Origin: Microcystis aeruginosa NIES-2549
GTDB lineage: Bacteria; Cyanobacteriota; Cyanobacteriia; Cyanobacteriales; Microcystaceae
Reading direction: 5' to 3'
DNA: 32,000 nucleotides
Assembly (NCBI RefSeq): GCF_000981785.2
Contig: NZ_CP011304.1
Location: 1,500,001-1,532,000 of the forward strand
The translations under genes and the position numbers were made by a program. The first letter of the stretch is position 1. Each line of letters begins with the position of its first letter. The notes below the pieces were generated by a model that was not told the origin of the DNA, did no database searches, and worked only from the letters and a program-made list of their open reading frames with translations. Shown one piece after another: positions 1 to 8,721 of the stretch.

Positions 1-62
1 CGAAGGCAGGAGGCAGTCCCGATGAAAAAATTTTCACCCCCACAGATGAAAGAGGTTTCTTT

Positions 63-94
63 CCCTACACCCCACACCCCACACCCTGCCCCCA
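63..94. repeat. CCCCA/CACCC-rich simple repeat (CCCTACACCCCACACCCCACACCCTGCCCCCA); second copy at 10205-10243
   Basis: Near-identical string at both coordinates, read directly; intergenic. Confidence 0.8.
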
Positions 95-120
95 GGAAAC
101 CCTTTTTTGGTAAACCCTAG

Positions 121-2118
121 CTACAGTCCCGCAATTGCCCCTCGCGCCATAGATGCGATCGCTTGTTCCGTGGCCCGGGGTAGATGATAATATTTACCCC
201 CAGCTTTTAGGGCTAATTCTTTGGCAAAACCAGTGGAGACGAATTTTTTCTCCGTATCGATAACCAGCAGTTTAATGCCTAAAGAGCGAATTTTAGCGGC
301 AATATCGAGCAGTTCTGCCTTAATATCCGGTTTTTCCCCCTCCGGAATCGGTTCGCCTAGAGATTTCGCCAAAGGAATATTACTTCTCCCGTCGGTAATC
401 GCCACAATCACCACTTGACCGATATCCCCCGATAAACGGGCATTCATCCCCACATGAACCGCTTGGGTTAAACCGTGGGCCAAAGGGGAACCGCCGCCAC
501 AGGGCAGGGTTTCTAGACGTTTTTTCGCTAGGGTAATCGATTTGGTTGGCGGCAATAGTACATCTGCTCGCTCACCCCGGAAAGGAATCAGGGCAATCTG
601 GTCGCGATTTTCGTAAGCTTCCGTTAACAGACGCATAACCGCACCCTTGGCCGACTGCATCCGATTCAGGGCCATGGAACCGGAGGCATCAACGACAAAG
701 ACAATTAAAGAACCGGCCTTGCGGGCCAGCCGTTTTGAGCGCAGATCCCCTTCTTCTATAATCACATGACGTTCGGGATTCCTCAAGCGACGGGCTTTTT
801 GATAGGGGGCGGCCGCCCGGAGAGTGGCATCGACGGCGACTCTTTTCACCTTGCCCCGGGGTAACATCGGCTTAATATAACGTCCCCTATCTTCCGAGAA
901 AATCAGGTTACGCGCCCCCGATTTCCCCTGACGCTGGGCCATCTGGGCAAAATACAGCACACTGGGATCCAGTAAAACCCCTTCCGGGTCGAAAACAAAT
1001 TCTTCCGGCAAATTATCGGGCTGTTCCGGTTCTTTTTCCTCCTCTTTCTCCTCCTCTTTTTCTTCCTGTTCCTGCTGGTTTTCGTCTTGGGGCGGTTCCG
1101 GTGGTGGCGGTGGTGGCGGTGGCTGTTGTTCCTGTTCCGGGGGTGGTGGCGTAATCAGCGATCGAGGTACAATAACTAATTCGACGGCTCTTTTTAAGTC
1201 ATCGGCACTGACTAAATCCCGACCTTCTAAAGCGGCGGCGGCCTTGGCTACTCTCACGGCAAAAATCTCGGCGCGATGACCTTCCACCTTACCGCGCACC
1301 GCTTCCTCCACTAGATAACTAATTTGTTCGGGTTTAATTTTTACCTCTTTTAACCATTCCCTCGCTAGGATAATTTCGGTTTTTAGATCATCGATTTCTT
1401 GGGCATATTGGGCGATAAAAGCGGTGGGAGACACAGCATACTCGATCGCCTGATTGACGGCGGTGACTCGTTGGTCTAAACTGAGGACACCATCGGCGGA
1501 AAGGGCAATGGCAATTCTATCTAATAAATGGGTTCGTAAATCCCCTTCTTCTGGGTTATAAGTAGCGATCAGGATCGGTTTACAGGGATGTTGAAAACTG
1601 ATGCCTTCCCGTTCGATTTGGTTACGTCCTTCGCTTAAAACCGTTAGTAATTGGTTAGCAATTTGGTCATCGAGTAGATTAATTTCATCGACGTAGAGAA
1701 TTCCCCGATGGGCGCTGGCTAATAAACCGGGTTGAAAGACCGGTTCCCCCTGTTTCACCGATTCTTCCACATCGACGGAACCCAATAAACGATCCTCGGT
1801 GACTCCTAGGGGAATCTGCACGAAGGGGGCCCGGATAACTTCCGTGGCGACCTCTCCACTGCTATATTCTTCTTTAGTGCGATCGTCCCATTCATCGGGA
1901 TGGTTGGGATCACAATTAAAGACATTACCTGCGATAATTTCGATCGGTGGCAGTAGGGAATGTATCGCTCGCGCCATGACTGATTTGGCGGTTCCCCGAC
2001 GACCGGCAATCACCACACCCCCTAGGGCGGGATCCACTGCGGCTAAAAGTAGGGCTAATTTAATCGCTTCTTGGCCGACAACGGCAGTCAGGGGAAAATT
2101 GAGGGTCACAGTGGGCAT
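121..2118 (-). CDS. chlD: Magnesium chelatase subunit D (AAA+ module, Pro/Glu-rich linker, C-terminal vWA domain)
   Basis: 665-aa ORF. It has Walker A-like GRRGTAKS, Walker [12 protein letters not shown], a long [20 protein letters not shown]...[12 protein letters not shown] linker and a C-terminal vWA domain with MIDAS-like DASGSM. This domain order is diagnostic of ChlD/BchD. Confidence 0.93.
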   Translation of the reverse strand: MPTVTLNFPLTAVVGQEAIKLALLLAAVDPALGGVVIAGRRGTAKSVMARAIHSLLPPIEIIAGNVFNCDPNHPDEWDDRTKEEYSSGEVATEVIRAPFVQIPLGVTEDRLLGSVDVEESVKQGEPVFQPGLLASAHRGILYVDEINLLDDQIANQLLTVLSEGRNQIEREGISFQHPCKPILIATYNPEEGDLRTHLLDRIAIALSADGVLSLDQRVTAVNQAIEYAVSPTAFIAQYAQEIDDLKTEIILAREWLKEVKIKPEQISYLVEEAVRGKVEGHRAEIFAVRVAKAAAALEGRDLVSADDLKRAVELVIVPRSLITPPPPEQEQQPPPPPPPPEPPQDENQQEQEEKEEEKEEEKEPEQPDNLPEEFVFDPEGVLLDPSVLYFAQMAQRQGKSGARNLIFSEDRGRYIKPMLPRGKVKRVAVDATLRAAAPYQKARRLRNPERHVIIEEGDLRSKRLARKAGSLIVFVVDASGSMALNRMQSAKGAVMRLLTEAYENRDQIALIPFRGERADVLLPPTKSITLAKKRLETLPCGGGSPLAHGLTQAVHVGMNARLSGDIGQVVIVAITDGRSNIPLAKSLGEPIPEGEKPDIKAELLDIAAKIRSLGIKLLVIDTEKKFVSTGFAKELALKAGGKYYHLPRATEQAIASMARGAIAGL

Positions 2119-2308
2119 AGATCTAGATTCAGGCGGCCAAATTCTAGTGTAAAACAGAAGCTCCCGGGTCCGGCACTTTTCCCTTTTTGATTCCCGAACC
2201 CAGATTTTAGCTGCATCTCGATCGAGTTCTTTCTCCCCGAACCGATCGAGAAGTTACTGGGTTAATCTAGGATTAGCTCCTAATAACGGCTGTAGAGAGG
2301 AAAGAAAT

Positions 2309-3991
2309 ATGATAACGACAATAATCGATCGCCTTACGGAAACCAACCCGCAAATTATGCGAGAATGGCAAGGAAGATTAACCCCGAAAAATATCTCGAT
2401 CGCCTCGGTTATCTCCCTAGTTGGTCAATTATTAGTTTATTTATACTATCAAAATCTCTTGCCAGTAGGGGCGGGATTTAATCGTTACTGTACCGCTAAT
2501 CCCCCCCATAACAACGATTATGATCCCTATAGTGGGCTTAAATACTGTATCCAAGACTTAAATGGTCAATGGATGATTATCTCCCGGTTATGGTGGTTAG
2601 ATGTCTTCACTTTTCTGAGTATTACCGGTATTTTCGCTCTTTTAGTGGTGGGAACCTATCAATTAATTGCGGATCTTTCCGGGGAAGAGTGCCGGGGTAC
2701 ACTTAATTTTATCCGTCTGAGTCCCCAACCCGCCAAAACGATTTTTATCGGCAAAATTTTCGGGGTTCCCATTCTCCTCTATCTCGTCTGTCTTCTCGCT
2801 TTACCCTTTCACTTGGGGGCGGGTTTATTAGCGGGTATTCCCTTGTCGTTAATTTTAGCCTTCTACGCGGTTCTGATCGCTAGTTGTGCCTTTTTCTATC
2901 ATGCTGCCCTTAGTTTCGCTTTAGCCACGCCATGGTTAGGGGGATTTCAACCCTGGTTAGGCAGTGCTGCAGTCTTAATCTTTGTGTTTTATAGCAGTAT
3001 TATTACTTTATCGGGCTATGGCGGTTTCCGTACCCCCTTTGATTGGTTAATTCTCTTTAATCCTAGTTTTTTCCTTCCCTATCTAGTTAAATCTACCTTT
3101 CTCCCCCCCGATGCGGTACGCTATCTAGGAATCTCACAAATCTTCGATCTGCGTTGGTACGGTCAATCTCTCTGGCAATCGGTTATAATGGGTATTAGCT
3201 TAATTTTGCTCAATTTCGCCCTCTGTACCTACGGTTTAACCAGAATTATCCAGCGTCGCTTCCATAATCCCCTCGCTACTCTTGTTAGTAAACCCCAAAG
3301 TTATTGGATGATGGGCTGTTTTAGCGCTATTAGCCTAGGTTTTGTTTTCCAAACGCTGGAACCGAGCTATATTTTCGATAATTTTGCGATTCTTAGCGTT
3401 TTTGTGGCGATTTTTGGCTTGTTAATCCTTTTTGCCCTCACTCCCCCCCGTCAAACTCTCCAAGATTGGACTCGCTATCGTCATCTACAAGGAAAAAAGA
3501 GCATTAGTCTGGGGAAAGCTTTAATCTTTGGCGAAAAAAGTCCTTCTACCCTAGCCATGGCTGTTAACCTCGCTATTGCCATTTTATTCATCCTTCCCGC
3601 TATTTTTATCGCCCCTCTCCATCAATATAAACTAGCCACTGCAGCCGGGTTTCTCTTGGCAATGAACATGATTTTAGTCTATGCCGCTATCGCCCAATTA
3701 TTGATGTTAGCCGGCACAAATAAACGCGCTTTGCTGGCAGCCACTAGCATCGGCATTTTGATTATTTTCCCTTTCCTCTGTTTCGCTGTCTTGCGGGTTG
3801 ATCCCAGTCAATCTCCGCTTTTATGGTTTTTTACTTTTCTTCCCATTGCCGCTACTAAATACGCTACACTTCCCTCTTTCGCTTTGGCAATCTTCGGTCA
3901 GTGGTTGGGTTTAACCCTCGTCGGATGGCAAATTAATCGGCAATTGAATCGCCTTGGTGCCTCGGCAACTAAAGCGTTAATGCCAAGCTAA
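2309..3991 (+). CDS. Polytopic integral membrane protein of unknown function (possibly ABC-2-permease-like)
   Basis: 560-aa ORF dominated by hydrophobic helices. The N-terminal NPQIMREWQGRL motif is reminiscent of ABC-2-type permease-like proteins (recall only). Divergent from chlD and followed by a hairpin plus T-run. Confidence 0.7.
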   Translation: MITTIIDRLTETNPQIMREWQGRLTPKNISIASVISLVGQLLVYLYYQNLLPVGAGFNRYCTANPPHNNDYDPYSGLKYCIQDLNGQWMIISRLWWLDVFTFLSITGIFALLVVGTYQLIADLSGEECRGTLNFIRLSPQPAKTIFIGKIFGVPILLYLVCLLALPFHLGAGLLAGIPLSLILAFYAVLIASCAFFYHAALSFALATPWLGGFQPWLGSAAVLIFVFYSSIITLSGYGGFRTPFDWLILFNPSFFLPYLVKSTFLPPDAVRYLGISQIFDLRWYGQSLWQSVIMGISLILLNFALCTYGLTRIIQRRFHNPLATLVSKPQSYWMMGCFSAISLGFVFQTLEPSYIFDNFAILSVFVAIFGLLILFALTPPRQTLQDWTRYRHLQGKKSISLGKALIFGEKSPSTLAMAVNLAIAILFILPAIFIAPLHQYKLATAAGFLLAMNMILVYAAIAQLLMLAGTNKRALLAATSIGILIIFPFLCFAVLRVDPSQSPLLWFFTFLPIAATKYATLPSFALAIFGQWLGLTLVGWQINRQLNRLGASATKALMPS

Positions 3992-3996
3992 AAAAT

Positions 3997-4071
3997 ACCG
4001 ACTCACAGGGGAGATTAAATAATATCTCTGCTGACAATTTTCTCCCCTTGAGTGTCGGTTAAATTTTTTTT
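3997..4071 (+). terminator. Candidate intrinsic terminator of the membrane-protein gene
   Basis: ACCGACTCACAGGGGAGA (3997-4014) pairs imperfectly with TCTCCCCTTGAGTGTCGGT (4041-4059), followed by TAAATTTTTTTT. The loop is large (~26 nt), so strength is uncertain. Confidence 0.45.
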
Positions 4072-4080
4072 CCTCAAAGG

Positions 4081-4197
4081 CTTGACAAAACCCCACGACT
4101 TGACAGATAATTTCTTATATAATGGGAATCCGTGCCTGCCTGCGAACCCCCTCTTTTCAGGTCAAATAAAGCCCCAAAAAATTAACCCCAAAAAGTA
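4081..4197 (+). repeat. Copy A of the six-copy TTGACA/TATA/GGGAATCCGTGCCTGCCTGC module
   Basis: CTTGACA at 4081 and 4099, GATAAT at 4106-4111, TATAAT at 4118-4123, GGGAATCCGTGCCTGCCTGCGAACCC from 4124, then a T-run. The tail CAAATAAAGCCCCAAAAAATTAACCCCAAAAAGTAG is shared with copy B. Confidence 0.85.
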
Positions 4198-4210
4198 GGC
4201 TGAGTTAATC

Positions 4211-4342
4211 TCAGTTCCGGTGCTGATTCGGAGCATCTTTCAATTTGACAACGCCTATTGTAGGGCTAATTCATGAATTAGCCCTACACCTAGTAATTTC
4301 AGTTCCCATCTGATTAGGAGCATCTTTCAATTTGACAACGCC
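4211..4342. repeat. Two ~45-nt imperfect direct repeats flanking a perfect 30-nt palindrome
   Basis: 4211-4255 and 4299-4342 share ...GAGCATCTTTCAATTTGACAACGCC. The palindrome TGTAGGGCTAATTCATGAATTAGCCCTACA lies at 4259-4288 and is related to the palindrome at 17744-17773. Confidence 0.8.
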
Positions 4343-4348
4343 ACATTT

Positions 4349-5632
4349 TTACCTTACCACTGATAAACTATCAACGATTAGCGAGGGAGTATAACAGGAA
4401 CCATTCCATTGATTATCGGCCCCCAGAGCGATTAAATTCTGCAAAGCGGTATAAACATTTCCCGTTACCATTGTATCTTTAACTCGTCCGGTGATTTTGC
4501 CCTTTTCTATGCGATAACCCAGATCGATATTGACAGAAAAATCGCCCGAAATATCGGCCCCATGACCTAAAATTTGGTCGATAACTAGGCCCTCATCTAT
4601 TTGCGAGATTAAATCCTCTAAAGTTCCCTCTCCCGGTGCCACGATTAAATTAACTAAATCCGGCATGGGATAAACCCCTAAACCGGGACGAAAACCGTTT
4701 CCCGTCGGAGTAGTTTTTAACAATCTGGCCGTGGTACGATCGCTATAGAATTCCTTAACTCTACCTCCCTCAATTAAAGATAAAAATTTGGTAGGAGTTC
4801 CCTCATCATCAAAGGGACAACTATAGGGTTCTCGGTCCGGTTGTTGGGATAGGGTCAACTTTTCTGACATCACCAATTGACCAATTTTATCACTCCAGGG
4901 CGAGGACTGTTCTAAGATCTGTTTACCATTTAAAGCCATCTCCACCGTACCCCATAAGAGGGTAACTGCATTAGAGGTCAATAAAATTGGTAATTTTCCC
5001 GTGGGACTATCCACATTATTGGCTGCCCATTGTAGTCGCTGCAATAACTGTTTAATTACCGTTTCGGGATGGGGTGTACTGCGGGTATATTCCCCATCAT
5101 AAACCGCCAGAAAATCCTCCCCCCGTACCCATTCAATCCCCAGATAATAACTCAAAGCTGTATCGGTATATTGACAATATAAACCCTCGGAATTAACCAA
5201 ACGGGTGATTTCCCGTTCACATTCCCATTCACCACTACAAATAACCTCAGGATAAACTTGGCGAATATGGCCAATCATTTGATTACCCATCGCGATTAAA
5301 GATTCTACCGCCACATCCTGACCAATCGGGTCATAAACTGCCCGTCGTGGTGCCGAAAATTCGATTTCTTCCGGGGCATTGAGATAGGATAAATTTAACG
5401 CCGTTTCTACTAAAATTTCCGGTTCCACATCACCATAACCCACCGCTAACCCCGGACAACCCTCGCGCCATAATCTTAAGGCAGTTCCCACAGATTCAGA
5501 ACTTTCTAGCTGTTTGAGACGATTAGCCTCAAAAAAAACGGGATGGGAAAGGGAGGAAGATTGATAAACTTCGGCTGCCACTGCTCCCGATTTGAGAGCC
5601 AGTTCGATGAGTTGTTGCGGATCGATCGTCAT
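4349..5632 (-). CDS. pmbA: TldD/PmbA-family (peptidase U62) protein, PmbA/TldE-like
   Basis: 427-aa ORF with family-typical C-terminal region (LGHGADISGDFS, GNVYTALQNL). No HExxxH motif, so it is PmbA-like rather than TldD. Confidence 0.8.
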   Translation of the reverse strand: MTIDPQQLIELALKSGAVAAEVYQSSSLSHPVFFEANRLKQLESSESVGTALRLWREGCPGLAVGYGDVEPEILVETALNLSYLNAPEEIEFSAPRRAVYDPIGQDVAVESLIAMGNQMIGHIRQVYPEVICSGEWECEREITRLVNSEGLYCQYTDTALSYYLGIEWVRGEDFLAVYDGEYTRSTPHPETVIKQLLQRLQWAANNVDSPTGKLPILLTSNAVTLLWGTVEMALNGKQILEQSSPWSDKIGQLVMSEKLTLSQQPDREPYSCPFDDEGTPTKFLSLIEGGRVKEFYSDRTTARLLKTTPTGNGFRPGLGVYPMPDLVNLIVAPGEGTLEDLISQIDEGLVIDQILGHGADISGDFSVNIDLGYRIEKGKITGRVKDTMVTGNVYTALQNLIALGADNQWNGSCYTPSLIVDSLSVVR

Positions 5633-5838
5633 GGTGATAGTTTTTGAGATGATAGCTATCTGATTATCGAAAATTTGGGTTTAAAACCCCGTCGTTTCAC
5701 GATAGCTTTTCTTGATCTCTAATATAGCACTCAAAACCTAGACCCAAAGCAACTTTTGGATAGGATGTCCAGTTGGCATCTCATAGTTAGTAAAAGTGTA
5801 CGCTAATTCAGCAAGGTAAAAATTTTTTGCAAGGGTGA

Positions 5839-5863
5839 TAGGTTTTCTAAAACAGATGGGTAA
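5839..5863 (+). promoter_or_regulatory. SigF-type promoter candidate for pilA copy 1 (TAGGT-N15-GGTAA)
   Basis: TAGGT at 5839-5843 and GGTAA at 5859-5863 with a 15-nt spacer, ~40 nt upstream of the ATG. This matches the TAGGC(-32)/GGTAA(-12) architecture described for the Synechocystis pilA1 SigF promoter (recalled). Confidence 0.5.
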
Positions 5864-5903
5864 ATTGTTTATAGACAGAAAAACATCCATCAGGAATACA
5901 GCC

Positions 5904-6437
5904 ATGAACTCCGCTTTCAAATTCAAACTCATCCAAGCTCTCAACAAAAAGAACGGTAACAAAGGTTTCACCCTCATCGAACTCCTAGTTGTCGTTATCA
6001 TCATCGGTGTACTGGCCGCCATCGCTCTCCCCAACCTCCTCGGTCAGGTGGCCAAAGGCAGACAAGCGGAAGCTCGCACCAACCTCGGTGTCGTTAACCG
6101 CGCCCAACAGGTTTACCGCTTGGAAAACACAACCTTTGGTACTGTATCTCAGTTGCCCGTTCAGTTTACCCTCACCTACTATACAAGTGTTAGCAATGTC
6201 AGTAATGATGCTAACGGTGCCGAGGCACATATGGCTCCTGCGGCAAACTATGTGAACGATATTCTCGAATACGGCTCTGCCGTCAGTCAAACCACCGCTG
6301 GAGTTTTTACTGCTGTTATCTGTGAACAGGCCACTCCCGCCACTTCTACTGCCCTAACCGCAGGTGTTTTAACTACTGCTGGTACTGCTAGTACGGACGC
6401 GGCTTGTGATGCTACTACTGCTCGTCCGGTTCAGTAA
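5904..6437 (+). CDS. pilA: Type IV major pilin PilA (copy 1)
   Basis: 177 aa from the ATG at 5904; the duplicate copy starts at the equivalent ATG, so the track start at 5835 is an upstream extension. Prepilin leader ...NGNKG|FTLIELLVVVIIIGVLAAIALPNL with Glu+5. Two C-terminal Cys (VICEQ, AACDA) and a Thr/Ala/Ser-rich tail. Confidence 0.92.
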   Translation: MNSAFKFKLIQALNKKNGNKGFTLIELLVVVIIIGVLAAIALPNLLGQVAKGRQAEARTNLGVVNRAQQVYRLENTTFGTVSQLPVQFTLTYYTSVSNVSNDANGAEAHMAPAANYVNDILEYGSAVSQTTAGVFTAVICEQATPATSTALTAGVLTTAGTASTDAACDATTARPVQ

Positions 6438-6736
6438 TCCTAGTCTAGAAAAGTATGGGGGTTTTGGAAAATCTGCGCTCTTGGTTACTTTGGGGATAGG
6501 ATTTTAGTCAGTGAACAGTAAACAGTGAGCAGTGAAATAAAAACTCACATTTAATGACAAAGACCGAATCTTAAACCTAATTTGTTAAGCTGAAAGCCAT
6601 GACGTACTGACCTTCTTTTTAGGGAAGGGAATTGCCAGATTCTTTCTTGGATTCCCTTGCCTATTGCCTTGAGAAGCTGATAGCTGAAATCTCCAACGCC
6701 CAACTAGAAAAATACAGGCTATAAGCTGTTAAAAAA

Positions 6737-6993
6737 ATGGAGTTTGCCTTTAATCCCCCCTTGATCCCCCCTTAATAAGGGGGGCAGGGGGGATATACCC
6801 TTAATAAGGGGGGCAGGGGGGATATACCCTTAATAAGGGGGGCAGGGGGGATATACCCTTAATAAGGGGGGCAGGGGGGATATACCCTTAATAAGGGGGG
6901 CAGGGGGGATATACCCTTAATAAGGGGGGCAGGGGGGATATACCCTTAATAAGGGGGGTGTCTGACAACTTGTAACACCTACCTACTTAAGTA
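6737..6993 (+). mobile_element. MITE-like element at the pilA duplication junction (C6-run left arm, G6-run right arm) with an expanded core
   Basis: The left arm ATGGAGTTTGCCTTTAATCCCCCCTTGATCCCCCCTTAATAAGG and right arm CCCTTAATAAGGGGGGTGTCTGACAACTTGTAACACCTACCTACTTAAG both match the element at 17704-17826 in opposite orientation. Confidence 0.7.
6770..6958. repeat. Perfect 29-bp tandem repeat, 6.5 copies (CCTTAATAAGGGGGGCAGGGGGGATATAC)
   Basis: Period 29 verified by position (units start at 6770, 6799, 6828, 6857, 6886, 6915, partial at 6944). No spacers. Thirteen G6 runs on the + strand. Confidence 0.95.
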
Positions 6994-7148
6994 TTTAAAT
7001 TGCTTGTTGAGAGTAGGCAAGAGGCAATAGTAAAGGCATTGGGGGAGATTCCGCTAATCTAAGAATAAGCGGTTTAAATGCGTCTTAGCCTACTTCACTT
7101 ATCACCCCATCACCCCACTTGCCCAAAAAAAATTTTTTGCCAGGGTGA

Positions 7149-7173
7149 TAGGTTTTCTAAAACAGGTGGGTAA
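7149..7173 (+). promoter_or_regulatory. SigF-type promoter candidate for pilA copy 2 (TAGGT-N15-GGTAA)
   Basis: Duplicate of 5839-5863: TAGGT at 7149-7153 and GGTAA at 7169-7173. Confidence 0.5.
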
Positions 7174-7212
7174 ATTGTTTATAGACAAAAAACATCCATC
7201 AGGAATACAGCC

Positions 7213-7746
7213 ATGAACTCCGCTTTTAAATTCAAACTCATCCAAGCTCTTAACAAAAAGAACGGTAACAAAGGTTTCACCCTCATCGAACTCCTAGTGG
7301 TCGTTATCATCATCGGTGTACTGGCCGCCATCGCTCTCCCCAACCTCCTCGGTCAGGTGGCCAAAGGCAGACAAGCGGAAGCTCGCACCAACCTCGGTGT
7401 CGTTAACCGCGCCCAACAGGTTTACCGCTTGGAAAACACAACCTTTGGTACTGTATCTCAGTTGCCCGTTCAGTTTACCCTCACCTACTATACAAGTGTT
7501 AGCAATGTCAGTAATGATGCTAACGGTGCCGAGGCACATATGGCTCCTGCGGCAAACTATGTGAACGATATTCTCGAATACGGCTCTGCCGTCAGTCAAA
7601 CCACCGCTGGAGTTTTTACTGCTGTTATCTGTGAACAGGCCACTCCCGCCACTTCTGCTGCCCTAACCGCAGGTGTTTTAACTACTGCTGGTACTGCTAG
7701 TACGGACGCGGCTTGTGATGCTACTACTGCTCGTCGGGTCAATTAA
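7213..7746 (+). CDS. pilA: Type IV major pilin PilA (copy 2)
   Basis: 177 aa. Differs from copy 1 by T>A in ATSTAL/ATSAAL and by the last three residues (PVQ vs RVN), plus 3 synonymous changes. Confidence 0.92.
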   Translation: MNSAFKFKLIQALNKKNGNKGFTLIELLVVVIIIGVLAAIALPNLLGQVAKGRQAEARTNLGVVNRAQQVYRLENTTFGTVSQLPVQFTLTYYTSVSNVSNDANGAEAHMAPAANYVNDILEYGSAVSQTTAGVFTAVICEQATPATSAALTAGVLTTAGTASTDAACDATTARRVN

Positions 7747-8048
7747 TCCTAGTCTAGAAAAGTATGGGGGTTTTGGAAAATCTGCGCTCTTGGTTACTTT
7801 GGGGATAGGATTTTAGTCAGTGAACAGTAAACAGTGAGCAGTGAAATAAAAACTCACATTTAATGACAAAGACCGAATCTTAAACCTAATTTGTTAAGCT
7901 GAAAGCCATGACGTACTGACCTTCTTTTTAGGGAAGGGAATTGCCAGATTCTTTCTTGGATTCCCTTGCCTATTGCCTTAAGAAGCTGATAGCTGAAATC
8001 TTCAACGCCCAACCAGAAAAATACAGGCAATGTTGCCGGGGCATAACC

Positions 8049-8594
8049 ATGAAATACCTTCTTTTTTTAGCAATTAAATCACAGGGTAAAAAAGCGACGG
8101 GTTTTACTTTAGTAGAATTGCTAGTAGTGGTGATTGTATTAGGGGTTCTCACCGCCGTCGGTTTACCGAATCTATTACAACAAGTCGCCAAAGGTAGGCA
8201 AGCAGAAGCACAGGCGATACTGGGACAAATCAATCGCGCCCAAGTGGCTTATCGCCTCGAAAATCCTACTTTTGCCAACTTAACTCAATTACCCATTAGT
8301 GGCATTAACAACGCTAGATATTATAGTTTTAGTGATTACGATGTCGTTCCTACCAATGCTACTCGGTCCTCCTATAGAGCGCAGGCACTGGATCCATTTC
8401 GTAATGATATTAAAAATTATGCAGGAGGAGTCCGACTGATAAACGGGCGCTTTTTTACCCTTATTTGTGAGGCTATAACTCCTTTACAAGATAGTGTTTT
8501 TGTCGACGGCTCTGGCGCCTGTAGTAGCGATAGCATTGGGTTTAATAATGATTCACAAGGGACTAACCAGCCAAGTCAGGGAGGTCCAATGTAA
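8049..8594 (+). CDS. Diverged type IV pilin-like protein (third pilin)
   Basis: ATG at 8049 gives MKYLLFLAIKSQGKKATG|FTLVELLVVVIVLGVLTAVGLPNL, with conserved QVAKGRQAEA and two C-terminal Cys (LICEA, GACSS). The track start at 7941 is a TTG extension into the duplicated flank. Confidence 0.85.
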   Translation: MKYLLFLAIKSQGKKATGFTLVELLVVVIVLGVLTAVGLPNLLQQVAKGRQAEAQAILGQINRAQVAYRLENPTFANLTQLPISGINNARYYSFSDYDVVPTNATRSSYRAQALDPFRNDIKNYAGGVRLINGRFFTLICEAITPLQDSVFVDGSGACSSDSIGFNNDSQGTNQPSQGGPM

Positions 8595-8721
8595 TGTTCT
8601 GAACAATAGGGAGGTTGATCAAAGTGATCAGTTTCCCGCTTAATATTCATTTACGAACAGTCTCTAAAATAATCGAAAAACCTTTTATTTTTGTTAATGT
8701 TATTGACTTTCGTTCAAAGCT

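Larger units (their letters stand above)
5818..6719 (+). repeat. Left copy of a ~0.9-kb tandem duplication (promoter + pilA + 3' flank)
   Basis: Aligns base-for-base with 7128-8028 (offset 1310/1309 nt) with only a handful of substitutions and one 1-nt indel. Confidence 0.9.
7128..8028 (+). repeat. Right copy of the ~0.9-kb pilA tandem duplication
   Basis: See 5818-6719. The homology ends 20 nt upstream of the third pilin ATG. Confidence 0.9.

Noticed and set aside
1020-1150. GA/CT- and GGT-rich low-complexity DNA inside chlD, considered as a repeat expansion
   Set aside because: It encodes the Pro-rich and acidic linker that is a normal feature of ChlD/BchD between the AAA+ and vWA domains.
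221-2152. Short ORFs nested in or antisense to long genes. Nested in chlD, dapL or mfd: 221-418, 1799-2152, 1806-2009, 12405-12596, 18909-19112, 20758-21141. Around dapL and the metallophosphoesterase gene: 13273-13467, 13404-13652, 13419-13610, 13920-14117, 14145-14336. Around znuA and from the hydrolase gene to the window end: 21815-22081, 22361-22615, 28204-28449, 29417-29599, 31388-31609.
   Set aside because: Each lies inside or antisense to a CDS with clear family motifs, or straddles its ends. None has a recognisable motif of its own.
5835-5903. N-terminal extensions in the ORF track for pilA copy 1 (5835), the third pilin (7941), znuC (22898), DUF2283 (26788) and the small membrane protein (12062)
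   Set aside because: The duplicate pilA copy fixes the start at the MNSAFKF methionine. The other extensions use TTG or upstream codons running through repeats or intergenic DNA and add residues not expected for the families. I chose internal ATGs.
5985-6290. ORFs overlapping pilA on both strands (5985-6290, 5989-6255, 7294-7599, 7316-7564, 5738-6034, 7970-8233)
   Set aside because: They are alternative-frame or antisense shadows of a strongly supported pilin CDS, duplicated only because the DNA is duplicated.
6770-6958. 29-bp repeat array considered as a CRISPR array
   Set aside because: The units are contiguous with no spacers and are derived from the arms of the surrounding MITE-like element. 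There are no cas genes in the window. This is a plain tandem repeat.
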